From: an uncultured delta proteobacterium | GTDB taxonomy: Bacteria > Desulfobacterota > Desulfobacteria > Desulfobacterales > SG8-13 | Direction: 5' to 3' | Assembly (NCBI GenBank): GCA_963848135.1 | Contig: CAWKCK010000018.1 | Span: 386,938 to 450,937, forward strand | DNA: 64,000 bases | In this document: piece after piece, positions 1 through 10,013 of the stretch | How positions within the stretch are numbered: position 1 is the first letter of the stretch | Layout of the letters: each line of letters begins with the position of its first letter | Notes under the pieces: generated by a model | Databases searched by the model: none | What the model was told of the DNA's origin: nothing | What the model saw: the letters and a program-made list of their open reading frames with translations, nothing else | Position numbers and translations under genes: made by a program

Positions 1-328
1 GCGCCGGGTTGATTTCAGGTCCGGAAAAAAGGAGCTGGATCGCCATGACCCTGGGACTGAAGTCCGACAGCTGATTGACAGCTTCTGCGATTATCGATCG
101 CGGCCAAGGCGGTGCACCAATCGCGCGCAGAGTGTCGTCATCGATCTTGACAACGACCACCGCATCCGATGCGGAGGAGCTTCGCAAACGGCAAAGAGAA
201 TCATAGGCCTTGTGCTCGATGAACTGCAAAGGATAAAAATTCACCAACATCCCCGCTATGATTCCTGCGGTCAAGATGGTGCATATCAACCAATTAGAAA
301 GAAGGATTTTCTTTAAGTGATATTTCAT
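1..328 (-). CDS. CHASE2 domain-containing membrane sensor protein, N-terminal part (runs off window start)
   Basis: Not in the ORF track; translated by hand from ATG at 328: MKYHLKKILLSNWLICTILTAGIIAGMLVNFYPLQFIEHKAYDSLCRLR...VVVVKIDDDTLRAIGAPPWPRSIIAEAVNQL. TM helix followed by the CHASE2 'IDDxxL...PWPR' signature. Confidence 0.8.
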   Translation of the reverse strand, partial: MKYHLKKILLSNWLICTILTAGIIAGMLVNFYPLQFIEHKAYDSLCRLRSSSASDAVVVVKIDDDTLRAIGAPPWPRSIIAEAVNQLSDFSPRVMAIQLLFSGPEINPA

Positions 329-919
329 CTTGTCATAGCACCGTTATATTTCAAGATCATGACCCATAAGAAAGAAACAACCCTGATCCGCAGTGAGCCG
401 GTTGAAACGGATTTCAGTCATCGCAGAGTGATATGTTATTGGTGTATTATATTTGTATCACTTTGTAATTCATTGCCCCAAAAAAAATGCCAGCAAATGA
501 TTAGCCAGCAAAAACCCGGGCAATGTGCTCATTATTATACGAAACAATCGCCGTTCATGTCAAAAAAAAGCCACTGGGCGTCGCTCCGCATTTTTCACTA
601 TTCGCATTCGTTCATTTACAAGGCATTCAGTGGCGCAGCTGTACTTTGGTACCGCAACCCTCTGATAACGCAGTAAATGGGCGAATGCGATTGGCCCCAC
701 GGGTGAATATTTTTTAGCCTTTTTTCAGATCGTTGGAGTACAAAATGTACACTAAAATTTAGCGGCAGGATAAGGTTTATGTCACTTGTTTTATGTTTAA
801 TTTACAAGTTTGCTGAAAAATATCCATCGCGGGGTAGCCCCACCTGTTAATTACCAAGCTTGCATGAGAATTTTTCACCAAGGTCGAATTTGGATACCAC
901 CATATAGTGTATAAGTATT

Positions 920-1069
920 ACCTAAAGTGAGCGTTTCAAATTTTAAATGGAGCGGGAACTGCTTTATTTATAAGGAATTCTATCATCGTTTGATTATAAA
1001 ATTTGAACCCCATCGGGATGGCATTTGACGCCGTAGATGCGGCAAAATCGGCAATCCCTCAAATTAGGT
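920..1069. repeat. MITE-like repeat family A, copy 1 (short; internal segment inverted)
   Basis: ACCTAA...TTAGGT ends; first ~100 bp nearly identical to 3694-3904 and 8477-8716. Confidence 0.85.
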
Positions 1070-1285
1070 ATTATTGATAATCAAACGAGCGGGTCACCTT
1101 GTATCATTGCCAAACTGCATCTTTGAAGAATATTATCGACCCTTCGGACGCGTCCACTGCGTCCCTTGCATGATTCGACAGACCGATTCAGGACCGGTAG
1201 TTGACTGGAAAAACGGACCAGGGCCGAAAGCCTTTACTTCCACTCGATTTAATGGTTTCATGGGGTGAGAAATGGACCGGTGAAT

Positions 1286-1618
1286 ATGAGCAAAGAAAAT
1301 GATATCGTATTGATATATCTCGAAGATCAGCCGCTGAGCTTTGCCCGGATAGAGGAAATCCTACCGGATTCAAAACCCGATTGGTATCATGTGCGATTGT
1401 TGCTCCTGCATGTGCCTTTGCAAGTGGTCACATGGATTTTAAAAGACGTTTATATCAACGGTGACGAATTTACCATGAACGGCAAGCGGATGCGCTTGGA
1501 GGCGGTTAAGGCGCCAGAAGAAGATGATATATCGGATAATCCGAACACCGGAGATCATCTCGAAAAAGGACCCCACGAGGGTAAAGTGATTTCCTTCAAA
1601 GACTTGAAAAAAAAGTAA
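1286..1618 (+). CDS. conserved hypothetical protein
   Basis: Protein-like ORF (track 1265..1618; ATG at 1286 preferred) co-oriented with the next gene. Confidence 0.75.
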   Translation: MSKENDIVLIYLEDQPLSFARIEEILPDSKPDWYHVRLLLLHVPLQVVTWILKDVYINGDEFTMNGKRMRLEAVKAPEEDDISDNPNTGDHLEKGPHEGKVISFKDLKKK

Positions 1619-1644
1619 CCAAACAGCATGCGAATACATTTAAA

Positions 1645-2589
1645 ATGGTTGAAATCACGCTCAAAATCCCCCAGATCGTCCTTTCCGCCTCCAGGAGAAC
1701 AGACATTCCGGCCTTCTATTTATCGTGGTTCATGAATGGAATTGACCGGGGCTACTTTGATGTGACCAATCCATACAATCAAAAGGTTAGACGCATACCG
1801 GCCGGCCCGGACGCAGTGCATACGATCGTCTTTTGGTCCAAAGATTTCAGCCGCTTTCTGGCAGAAAATGCCGGAGAGACATTACAGCGTAGAGGATACC
1901 ACCTCTTTTTCAATTTTACCGTCAATTCCGAATCACCGTGGCTCGAACCGCACGTCCCACCGCTGGTTAACCGGTTAGATCAGTTTGATGAGCTCAGCCG
2001 CCGGTTCGGATCGCAATCGATCAACTGGCGTTTTGACCCGGTTTGTTTTTATCGCTTTAATGGTGGACCGATAGAAACAAATCTGGCTGATTTTGCACGC
2101 ATAGCGAAGAGAGCTTGCGTATCCGGTATCCGGCGGTGCGTTACAAGTTTCATGGATCAATATACAAAAATTTCGCGTCGCTTGTCGGCCATCCCGGGCA
2201 TGTCTTTTTGTGATCCGCCACAGGACCGAAAGTTGGAAACCCTTTTGGGGATGAACACCCTTTTGCGCGCTAAAAAGATCGTTCTTCATACCTGCTGTGA
2301 AAAAGATATCACCGATCGGTTGCCAGAAGGTTCGGGCATCATCGAAAACGCATGCATTCCTAACAGCCTGCTGGTAGAACTCTACGGCGGACAACTATCC
2401 CTGAAGAAGGACCCGGGGCAGAGGCAGCGGATGGGCTGCCGCTGTCAGGTCTCGGTAGACATAGGATCTTACCGGAAGCATACCTGCAGCCACAGCTGTC
2501 TCTATTGCTATGCCAACCCGGCCCCAAGCACCCCTGTCCCGACTCCGGCGGGGAATTGCGGAAAAAGGCCATTTATGGATGGGCACTAA
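1645..2589 (+). CDS. DUF1848 domain-containing protein
   Basis: N-terminal SASRRTDIPAFY, VFWSK, WRFDP and C-terminal SVDIGSY..TCSHSCLYCYA motifs. Confidence 0.9.
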   Translation: MVEITLKIPQIVLSASRRTDIPAFYLSWFMNGIDRGYFDVTNPYNQKVRRIPAGPDAVHTIVFWSKDFSRFLAENAGETLQRRGYHLFFNFTVNSESPWLEPHVPPLVNRLDQFDELSRRFGSQSINWRFDPVCFYRFNGGPIETNLADFARIAKRACVSGIRRCVTSFMDQYTKISRRLSAIPGMSFCDPPQDRKLETLLGMNTLLRAKKIVLHTCCEKDITDRLPEGSGIIENACIPNSLLVELYGGQLSLKKDPGQRQRMGCRCQVSVDIGSYRKHTCSHSCLYCYANPAPSTPVPTPAGNCGKRPFMDGH

Positions 2590-2613
2590 CTCATCAACCG
2601 GTATTCGACTGCA

Positions 2614-3648
2614 ATGAAAATTGGTACGCTGATATGTGACAATACCGCGGTTCTGGCCCCACTTGCCGGTATAACCGATCTACCCTTCCGCCTGCTCGCA
2701 AAGGAGGCCGGCTGCGGCCTGATGTATTCGGAGATGATCAGTGCCAACGCGCTGGTGAGACGGTCGGTCAAAACACTGAAGATGCTTGACAGCTGCTCTG
2801 CAGACAAACCTCTGTGTGTTCAAATCTTCGGCGCAGATCCGTCCATCATGGCCGATGCCGCTCAAATGGTTGAAGGTTCGGGTGCGGATATGCTGGATAT
2901 CAATTTCGGATGTTCGGTGAAGAAAATACTTAAATCCGGCTCCGGTGCGGCCTTGATGAAGGAAACTAAAATCACGGAACAAATTCTGCGAAAGGTTCGC
3001 CGCTCGATCAATATCCCCCTTTCGATCAAAATCCGTTCCGGATGGGACAATTCCGGTCACCAGGCTGTGGCCACCGCCCGAATAGCTGAAGCGTGCGGTG
3101 TCGATGCCATCGCCGTGCACCCCCGGACCGCCACACAGGGATTTCGCGGTCATGCCGACTGGTCCATCATCACCGCGGTCAAAAAAAACGTTTCAATACC
3201 GGTTATCGGCAACGGGGATATCAATACCGCTGAGGACGCGCTGAGGATGGAAGCCGACACAAGGTGTGACGCAATCATGATCGGCAGGGCCGCAATCGGA
3301 AATCCGTGGATATTCGCCGGCTACCTGGCTCATAAAGATGGTCGGTCGGCCCCCGTGGTCAATATTTCAGACCGCCTCGACACGATGAAACGGTTCCTAA
3401 AAGCGATGATAGACTACAGGGGAGAGCTGGGAGCGTGTCGTATGATGCGCAGTCGATTGGGGTGGTTTGTCAAGGGGTTGCCTTTTGCCGCCGCATTCCG
3501 GGAATCGATCAAATCCATTGCGTCTGAAGCCGAAGCCATTGCAGCGATTGAAACTTTTCGCACGGCAATTGAAAACCGCCGCCCCGCCCCGGCGGCCGAT
3601 GTATCGGGCTCAGATGTCCAGCCACCCCATTTTAGTCAGGAAATTTGA
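2614..3648 (+). CDS. dusB: tRNA-dihydrouridine synthase B
   Basis: LAPLAGITDLPFR, VQIFG, DINFGC, KIRSGWD, VHPRT, GNGDI, GRAAIGNPW motifs. Confidence 0.93.
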   Translation: MKIGTLICDNTAVLAPLAGITDLPFRLLAKEAGCGLMYSEMISANALVRRSVKTLKMLDSCSADKPLCVQIFGADPSIMADAAQMVEGSGADMLDINFGCSVKKILKSGSGAALMKETKITEQILRKVRRSINIPLSIKIRSGWDNSGHQAVATARIAEACGVDAIAVHPRTATQGFRGHADWSIITAVKKNVSIPVIGNGDINTAEDALRMEADTRCDAIMIGRAAIGNPWIFAGYLAHKDGRSAPVVNISDRLDTMKRFLKAMIDYRGELGACRMMRSRLGWFVKGLPFAAAFRESIKSIASEAEAIAAIETFRTAIENRRPAPAADVSGSDVQPPHFSQEI

Positions 3649-3693
3649 AGGCATCTCGTGCATGTCTTCTTATCGACTCGATGAAGATTATTT

Positions 3694-3904
3694 AACTAAA
3701 GCGACCGTTTCAAATTTTAAATGGAGGGGGAACTGCTTTATTTATAAGGGATTCTATCAGAGTTTGATTTTAAAATTGTGAAACCCATCGGGATTGCCGA
3801 TCTTGCCGCATCTACGGCGTCGTATGCCGTTCCGCATAGCTGACTATAGCGGAACGACATTTTCCTTGTATCTGCGGCAACCTCGACAATCGCTCAAATT
3901 AGTT
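3694..3904. repeat. MITE-like repeat family A, copy 2
   Basis: AACTAA...TTAGTT ends; homologous to 920-1069 and 8477-8716. Confidence 0.85.
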
Positions 3905-3951
3905 AAAGCCCCCAGCGGGCTTATGGTTTGACGGGCCCTTTTCAGGGTCCG

Positions 3952-4935
3952 CTATTTTTTTATACCAACGGCTTGCCCGGCCTGAAATCCGCTGCCAGTC
4001 AGTGGAACAGCCCGGGCACTGTCCTCAAGGGAATCGGTGACCTCTATCTCGCCGATCTTTTTACCCGTAAAGGTAAAGCGATGATCGCCAAAGCCTTCGA
4101 TAGTCGGCCCGTTTTCATAGACATTGAAAATGGTGCCGACACGGATTCCCGAACGGCTGCCGGATGCGATCTGGATGTCGTCGCCATTGGTGGAAACAAT
4201 GTAACTCTTCCAACCCATTGATTTTATTGAATAGCATATACCACCTTTCAGGTCGTCAATGATCTCTTTCAGAGCCTTCTCTATGAAGGACTGATCGATT
4301 TTGTTCTGCGAACGAATCAGGTCAACATCGGTTTCATCTATTTTTACCCGTTTTGCCACAGCGCGATCGAAAATTTTGACAGCGGTCTCCATACCGTAGA
4401 GTTCAACCAGGGCTTCCACCTGGATATAGTAATCGGTTCTCCTTAAGAACCAGAACCCTTTGTCCTTGGAATCGACATTGATGCTGGTGACCGTTGCTGT
4501 CAGGATACCAAAGAAACCGGAGGGCCGTCCGTCCATCGCCAGTCGGAAATTATCGATTTCCCCGGAGGGGAGTTTCGGTATCTGTGATAATACTTCAGGG
4601 TAGAGGCCTTCAGCGGGCGTAACGAAGATATTATTGGGGCAATCCGCATCTACCGCTTTGACCAAGTTGTCCTGGAAAACGCTTTTGGTATTTGGATCAC
4701 CATACTGGCTCGTTATCTGGAATGGCACGACGCCAATTTTTTTGCGAAATCCGCCATCGGGTGAACTCGACTTGAAGGTCCTGGACAAAAGGCTCGGTTC
4801 ATAGGGCATTCTCGGTCCGCCGCCGGACCATTTTGAACAACCGGCGATGAACATCAGTATGAGGATAATAGATATCCATCCGGTTCCATACTGACCTCTC
4901 CGTTTCCGAAAAGGTATAGCATGAAATTTCAACAT
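3952..4935 (-). CDS. putative lipoprotein (CsgG/FlgT-like organisation)
   Basis: Hydrophobic signal with lipobox IAGC; C-terminal 'SGSRSGIRVGTIFNVY...IGEIEVT' resembles the FlgT C-terminal beta domain. Confidence 0.65.
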   Translation of the reverse strand: MLKFHAIPFRKRRGQYGTGWISIILILMFIAGCSKWSGGGPRMPYEPSLLSRTFKSSSPDGGFRKKIGVVPFQITSQYGDPNTKSVFQDNLVKAVDADCPNNIFVTPAEGLYPEVLSQIPKLPSGEIDNFRLAMDGRPSGFFGILTATVTSINVDSKDKGFWFLRRTDYYIQVEALVELYGMETAVKIFDRAVAKRVKIDETDVDLIRSQNKIDQSFIEKALKEIIDDLKGGICYSIKSMGWKSYIVSTNGDDIQIASGSRSGIRVGTIFNVYENGPTIEGFGDHRFTFTGKKIGEIEVTDSLEDSARAVPLTGSGFQAGQAVGIKK

Positions 4936-5240
4936 ATAGATTCTCCAGTTTCAAAGGGCCCAGGTTTTTCGCTTTTAGCGGTTGTCAATGAATGTTCCCC
5001 TATTCGAATATTTTCTCACCAATGGCTTAACTCACCCTTCGGTGCTACGGAATATATTCTTGAAGAGCGGTATAATTAGGATCCTCAGCTGCCTGCGGCG
5101 AAGATTGCAAATCTAAATAATTGATTCAACTGTCAAAGTCAATCAGCAGATGCCAGAGGGCGGTGAGAGTTGATTGACAGGCAACGCTCTTTTTGTTAAC
5201 ACTTCAAAATAATTATTAATTTTTATGAATGGAGACATCG

Positions 5241-5423
5241 ATGGCCTCGATCGAAGAGCAGATTCTCAAGGCAACCAAAGAAATCATTGTGAAATTTATC
5301 GAAACTGGCCGGCTTTCTCCCACCGGTTTCAGCGATACCTTCAAAAAGGTCTATCGTACGGTCGAAAAAACGGTCAGGCAGACAAAGCCGCAAGACGCCG
5401 AACCACCGAAAAAGACCAAATAG
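5241..5423 (+). CDS. small conserved hypothetical protein
   Basis: GGAG RBS before ATG 5241; MASIEEQILKATKEIIVKFIETGRLSP; TTGACA upstream at 5175. Confidence 0.75.
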   Translation: MASIEEQILKATKEIIVKFIETGRLSPTGFSDTFKKVYRTVEKTVRQTKPQDAEPPKKTK

Positions 5424-5600
5424 CCCCGAAGTCTGAATGATGGTGATGTTCCCGACCGGAACCCGGGGTGGTTTCAAAGCCTCAGATCACGCCAGGAAAG
5501 CGGCGCGGACCGACGAAAAAACAGCATACACGAACGTATTGACTCCAGTGACCGGGGTCGGTTCCTTCTGGCACTGACTGAGGAGGTTCACAAGCCATTC

Positions 5601-8273
5601 CTAATGGATTTCGGCCCAGTTATCCCCCCAGCCAATATTCACTTTCAGTGGCACTTTGAGTTCCCAGACGCCTTCCATGAGGCCCCGGATCATTTCTTTC
5701 ACTCGGTCGAGTTCTTCAGGGGGAACTTCGAACACCAGTTCGTCATGAACCGAAAGAATCATGGCCGTTCTGAGATTCTGTGCCTGCAGTTTCTCATCAA
5801 TCCGTATCATGGCGATTTTAATCAAATCGGCAGCGGACCCTTGAATGGGTGTATTGACGGCCGTCCGTTCCGCAAACTGACGGATATTTGCGTTCGCACT
5901 CCTTATGTCGGGCAGCAGCCGTATCCGATTCAGAAGCGTACTGGTCCGCATGGTATCGAAAGCATCAATTTTGGTTTTCTCCACAAAGCGCTGAACGCCC
6001 TTGTAGCGGGCGAAGTAATTGTCGATATACACTTTCGCCATTTTCTGGCTGATGTCGAGCTGACGGGCCAATCCGAATGGGCTCATACCATAGATGATGC
6101 CGAAATTAATCGCCTTGGCCTGGCGGCGCAGTTCAGATGTAACCGAATCCGCTGATACCTGGAACACCTCAGCCGCCGTTCGTGTATGGATGTCTTCTCC
6201 CTCCCTGAACGCCTGGATGAGGATCTCGTCGTCCGAGCAATGGGCCAGGATGCGCAATTCTACCTGAGAATAATCGGCCGATAGCAGTTGCCACCCTTTA
6301 CGGGCGACAAACGCCCGCCGGATCTCCCGCCCTTCCGCTGTACGAATGGGAATGTTCTGCAGATTGGGGTCGGAACTGCTCAGGCGCCCGGTGGCCGTAA
6401 TGGTCTGGTTGAAAGAGGTGTGGATCCGTCCGGTCCGCGGATTAATCAGCTGAATCAGCGCATCGGCGTATGTTGATTTAAGTTTTGACAATGTCCGATG
6501 CTCCAGCACCAGAGCCGGGAGTTCATGTTGGCGGGCAAGCACGGTCAGCACGTTGACATCCGTCGAATAGCCGGTCTTCTTTTTGGTCTTTTTCTGCACC
6601 GGAAGCTTTAGCTTTTCAAAAAGGATCCGGCCCATCTGCTGTGGAGAATTGATATTGAATGATTCCCCGGCAAGTGCATGGATGCCGCTCTCCAACTGCT
6701 CGAGCCGATGCTCAAAACTCTTCGACAGATCCCGCAATTTATCGTCGTCGACCGCAACGCCCCTTTGTTCCATGCGCATCAACACGGGCACTAACGGCAT
6801 CTCCACTGTATGAAACAACTCTGTCAGGCCGATCTTTTCGAGCTCACGGTCCAGCACCGACTGGGCCATGAGAGTGATATCGGCATCTTCGCAGGCATAC
6901 GGAACGGCCTTTTCTAAGGAAACCTGGGCAAAACTACTCATCCCCTTGTCGAAGACTTCCGCAAAGGTGGTTGTTTTATGATCCAGAAAATCAAGGGCGA
7001 TTTGATCAAGATTGTGGGCCCGTTTGGACGGATTGATGAGGTATGAGGCCAGCATGGTGTCAAATACAACACCATTGAGTTCAACACCGCTCTGGCTGAG
7101 TACAATCAAGTCGTACTTGATGTTCTGGCCGGCTTTCTTGATTTCCGAAGACTCGAGAATCGGCTTGAGGGTGTTTAGCACCTCGTCACGCGCGAGTTGG
7201 CCCGACGCATCCGGAGCGGTATGACCGATGGGAATGTAAAACGCCTGATCTTCTTGCACCGCCACAGAGAGCCCGACCAGATCAGCTTGCATCGCATCGA
7301 TGGCGGTTGTTTCGGTATCCAGGGCTATGAGGTCGGCAGCCTCGAGGGCGTCAGCCAACTCAAGCAGCTCCGCCCTCCGCATCACGGCCCGGTAATCCTT
7401 CTTGCGCGGTTTGCGTGTCGTGCCGAAAGCCTTCTGGAGTTGGTTGAATTCAAGTTCCTTGAAGAGGCTCGCCAGCTTTCCTTCATCGGGTCCAGCCAAA
7501 CAAAAGTCGTCAGGAGTGAATATCACCGGAGCCCCTGTATCGATTCTAACCAGATCTCGGCTCAGAAAGGCCTGTTCTTTAAATTGAATCAAATTTTCTT
7601 TCTGTTTTTTCTTCGTGATCTGCTCCACATTTTCGTATAGCACATCCATGCTACCGTAAGTTTTGATCAGGTCTAGAGCCGTTTTCAGCCCGATCCCCGG
7701 CACCCCGGGCACATTGTCGGACTTATCCCCACACAGACCCATGACTTCCGTCATCTGGCCGGGGGTTAGGCCGAACCGCTCGTGCACGACAGCCATATCG
7801 ATCGTGTCCTCCTTCATGGGATCCCAGATACTGGCCTTTGCCGTCACCAGTTGCACGAAGTCCTTGTCGCCGGTCACCATTACGACGGTATAACCGGCCT
7901 CTTCCGCCAAACGCGCCACCGTGCCGATAAGGTCGTCGGCCTCATAACCCGATTGTTCGATAACCGGCAGCTTGAATCCGCGGGTAACCTCCTTGATGAT
8001 CGGAATTTGTAATACCAGGTCTTCGGGCATTTGCGGACGATTGGCCTTGTATGCCGCATACATATCATGCCTGAAGGTCGGACCTTTGGCATCGAAAAAC
8101 ATGGCCCCGAAGGCGGGTGAGCGGTCATCGATCAACTTGATCAACATGCGGGTAAATCCGAAAACGGCATTTGTTGGCATTCCCTTGGAATTCGACAGTC
8201 CGCGAATAGCGTGGTAGGCTCTGTAAATATAGGCGCTGCCGTCTATCAGATACAGTATCTTTTTTTCTTCCAT
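5601..8273 (-). CDS. polA: DNA polymerase I
   Basis: 5'-3' exonuclease (LIDGSAYIYRAYHA), 3'-5' exonuclease (ALDTET), polymerase motifs ADYSQVELRILAH, AKAINFGIIYG, VHDEL. Confidence 0.99.
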   Translation of the reverse strand: MEEKKILYLIDGSAYIYRAYHAIRGLSNSKGMPTNAVFGFTRMLIKLIDDRSPAFGAMFFDAKGPTFRHDMYAAYKANRPQMPEDLVLQIPIIKEVTRGFKLPVIEQSGYEADDLIGTVARLAEEAGYTVVMVTGDKDFVQLVTAKASIWDPMKEDTIDMAVVHERFGLTPGQMTEVMGLCGDKSDNVPGVPGIGLKTALDLIKTYGSMDVLYENVEQITKKKQKENLIQFKEQAFLSRDLVRIDTGAPVIFTPDDFCLAGPDEGKLASLFKELEFNQLQKAFGTTRKPRKKDYRAVMRRAELLELADALEAADLIALDTETTAIDAMQADLVGLSVAVQEDQAFYIPIGHTAPDASGQLARDEVLNTLKPILESSEIKKAGQNIKYDLIVLSQSGVELNGVVFDTMLASYLINPSKRAHNLDQIALDFLDHKTTTFAEVFDKGMSSFAQVSLEKAVPYACEDADITLMAQSVLDRELEKIGLTELFHTVEMPLVPVLMRMEQRGVAVDDDKLRDLSKSFEHRLEQLESGIHALAGESFNINSPQQMGRILFEKLKLPVQKKTKKKTGYSTDVNVLTVLARQHELPALVLEHRTLSKLKSTYADALIQLINPRTGRIHTSFNQTITATGRLSSSDPNLQNIPIRTAEGREIRRAFVARKGWQLLSADYSQVELRILAHCSDDEILIQAFREGEDIHTRTAAEVFQVSADSVTSELRRQAKAINFGIIYGMSPFGLARQLDISQKMAKVYIDNYFARYKGVQRFVEKTKIDAFDTMRTSTLLNRIRLLPDIRSANANIRQFAERTAVNTPIQGSAADLIKIAMIRIDEKLQAQNLRTAMILSVHDELVFEVPPEELDRVKEMIRGLMEGVWELKVPLKVNIGWGDNWAEIH

Positions 8274-8476
8274 CACTTGAAAAATCCTCGTCTTTGTTTA
8301 CCGGTGTAGAACCGGTATTCGTTCTGAATATCGATTGACGGCCATGAGACCGACCGGCGCACGGCCGTCAGGGGATGCAAAAGTATGGTGCGCCTGCAGG
8401 TTCACAGCCTGCATACCACCAACGACGGTAAACAACAAGGAGGGGGAATCGTTCTATCCGTCGAGAAGAGAATATA

Positions 8477-8716
8477 ACCTAAAGTGAGTGTTTTAAATTT
8501 TAAATGGAGGGGGAATTGTTTTATTTAAAAGGAATTCTATCATCGTTTCATTTTAATATTTGAAACCCATCAGAATTGCCGATCTTTATCCGCCTCTGGA
8601 GGGTCGCCGCATCTAAAGCTTCATATGCCATCCCGCATAGCTGATCCCGCCAGCGGCGGGACGAAACGACATCTTCCTTGTGCCTGCGGCAACCTCGACA
8701 ATCGCTCAAATTAGGT
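8477..8716. repeat. MITE-like repeat family A, copy 3 (with small hairpin insertions)
   Basis: ACCTAA...TTAGGT ends; homologous to copies 1 and 2. Confidence 0.85.
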
Positions 8717-8850
8717 ATAAATCACGGTGGATGGCGCCCTTGACGGTCGCTGCAGGTGTGTTGATATTATTAAGGTCTGATTTGTCGACATTAGTTTCCA
8801 GGTGTTAAAAATCGAAGGCATGTGCCTGTTCAGAAACAACGGAAGCTGTC

Positions 8851-9072
8851 ATGGAAGAAGAGAAACCCACAACGCGGTATAAACGGCGCTGGCGCGAAAA
8901 ACAGTCGGTCTGCCACTTATGTGGAACAACCGTTCGTTTCTGCTGGCGGTGCCGCTGCGGTTTCAGGATCTGTCAGGCCTGCATGAATGAAAACTACTGG
9001 GGAATGTCCTGTAACGGCATCACATGGGAGTGCCCGGAATGCGGCGACCAGAACGGCTATGGCAACCAATGA
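8851..9072 (+). CDS. small Cys-rich (zinc-ribbon-like) hypothetical protein
   Basis: 73 aa with CHLC, CWRCRC, CQAC, CPEC motifs. Confidence 0.75.
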   Translation: MEEEKPTTRYKRRWREKQSVCHLCGTTVRFCWRCRCGFRICQACMNENYWGMSCNGITWECPECGDQNGYGNQ

Positions 9073-9105
9073 AAACGGGGCGCCCTATGCCGCCAAGGAC
9101 TAAAT

Positions 9106-9236
9106 TGCTGTTGAAAAACGATTGGGCTTGACGATACGGCGCATCTGCATCAAGGTGCGCCTTTATTGTCCATAAACTGTGCTTACCGGATTTTGCCGTG
9201 CCGCGCCGGCGCTCGTGAGGTTTTTCAGCAACCTGC
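9106..9236. repeat. MITE-like element with imperfect terminal inverted repeats
   Basis: TGCTGTTGAAAAAC ... GTTTTTCAGCAACCTGC between convergent genes. Confidence 0.5.
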
Positions 9237-9243
9237 GGGCAAT

Positions 9244-9903
9244 TTATTCCACCTGCCGACGAAATACTGCGCCGGAGGCGGTTCCATCGAGGATATCTTT
9301 GACCTGCCGCAAACGGCTGATGTGATATTGAGCATCCAGCTTCCGATTGGCATAGGCTGCAAAGGGCACACCGGCCGCGCCGGCGGCAGTAGCATCCAAT
9401 TCCGAGTCGCCGATAAATACAGCCCGCGCCGGTTTGAGGTTGAAATGGGAAAGGATCTTGTGCAACTGATCCGGATAAGGTTTGGGTTTCGTCACGTCAA
9501 GGGCGGTGACAACCAGATCGAAAGCATCCGTCAGGCCATTGGATTGGAGCACACCCTGCATGGTATCCGTCCGGTTGGTTGCAATGGCTGTTCGAACGGC
9601 TGGTCGAAGGAACGCGAGCAAAGAAATCAGATCGGGCTCAATCTCCATGAATCGCAAAAACGGAAGATAACTCATCTGGTTGCGAAACGCGATTGCTGCG
9701 GCATATTCGGCGTCATCATCAAACAGATGGGCCAGCGATTCGTCGACGGTGTGCATATGGGTATAGGCAAACTGCTCCGGTGTCATCAAGGGTTTTCCGA
9801 AATGCGCCAGGATGTGGTTGTAGTATGCCGTGTTGGCTTTGGTGGTATCAAACATAACGCCGTCGCAATCGAAAACGACGGCATCGTATTTTAAATCATT
9901 CAT
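9244..9903 (-). CDS. HAD family hydrolase (phosphoglycolate phosphatase-like)
   Basis: VFDCDGVMFD motif I, ATNR, KPKPYPD, FIGDSELD; AGGAG RBS before ATG 9903. Confidence 0.92.
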   Translation of the reverse strand: MNDLKYDAVVFDCDGVMFDTTKANTAYYNHILAHFGKPLMTPEQFAYTHMHTVDESLAHLFDDDAEYAAAIAFRNQMSYLPFLRFMEIEPDLISLLAFLRPAVRTAIATNRTDTMQGVLQSNGLTDAFDLVVTALDVTKPKPYPDQLHKILSHFNLKPARAVFIGDSELDATAAGAAGVPFAAYANRKLDAQYHISRLRQVKDILDGTASGAVFRRQVE

Positions 9904-10013
9904 TACACTCCTAACGACGAACCCATCCATAAATGATTGATGGCGATTTTGAGTAACCAGCTATGATTGAGAATTGTTCCCGCCGGGAAAATCCACACAA
10001 CCCGAAAGCGCAG

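Noticed and set aside
5424..5600. Possible ncRNA between convergent genes
   Set aside because: No recognisable family; only a 15-bp similarity to 47266-47280.
8385..8420. TGGTGCGCC... resembling a reversed tRNA 3' end
   Set aside because: No TTCGA T-loop and no cloverleaf; only a simple hairpin.
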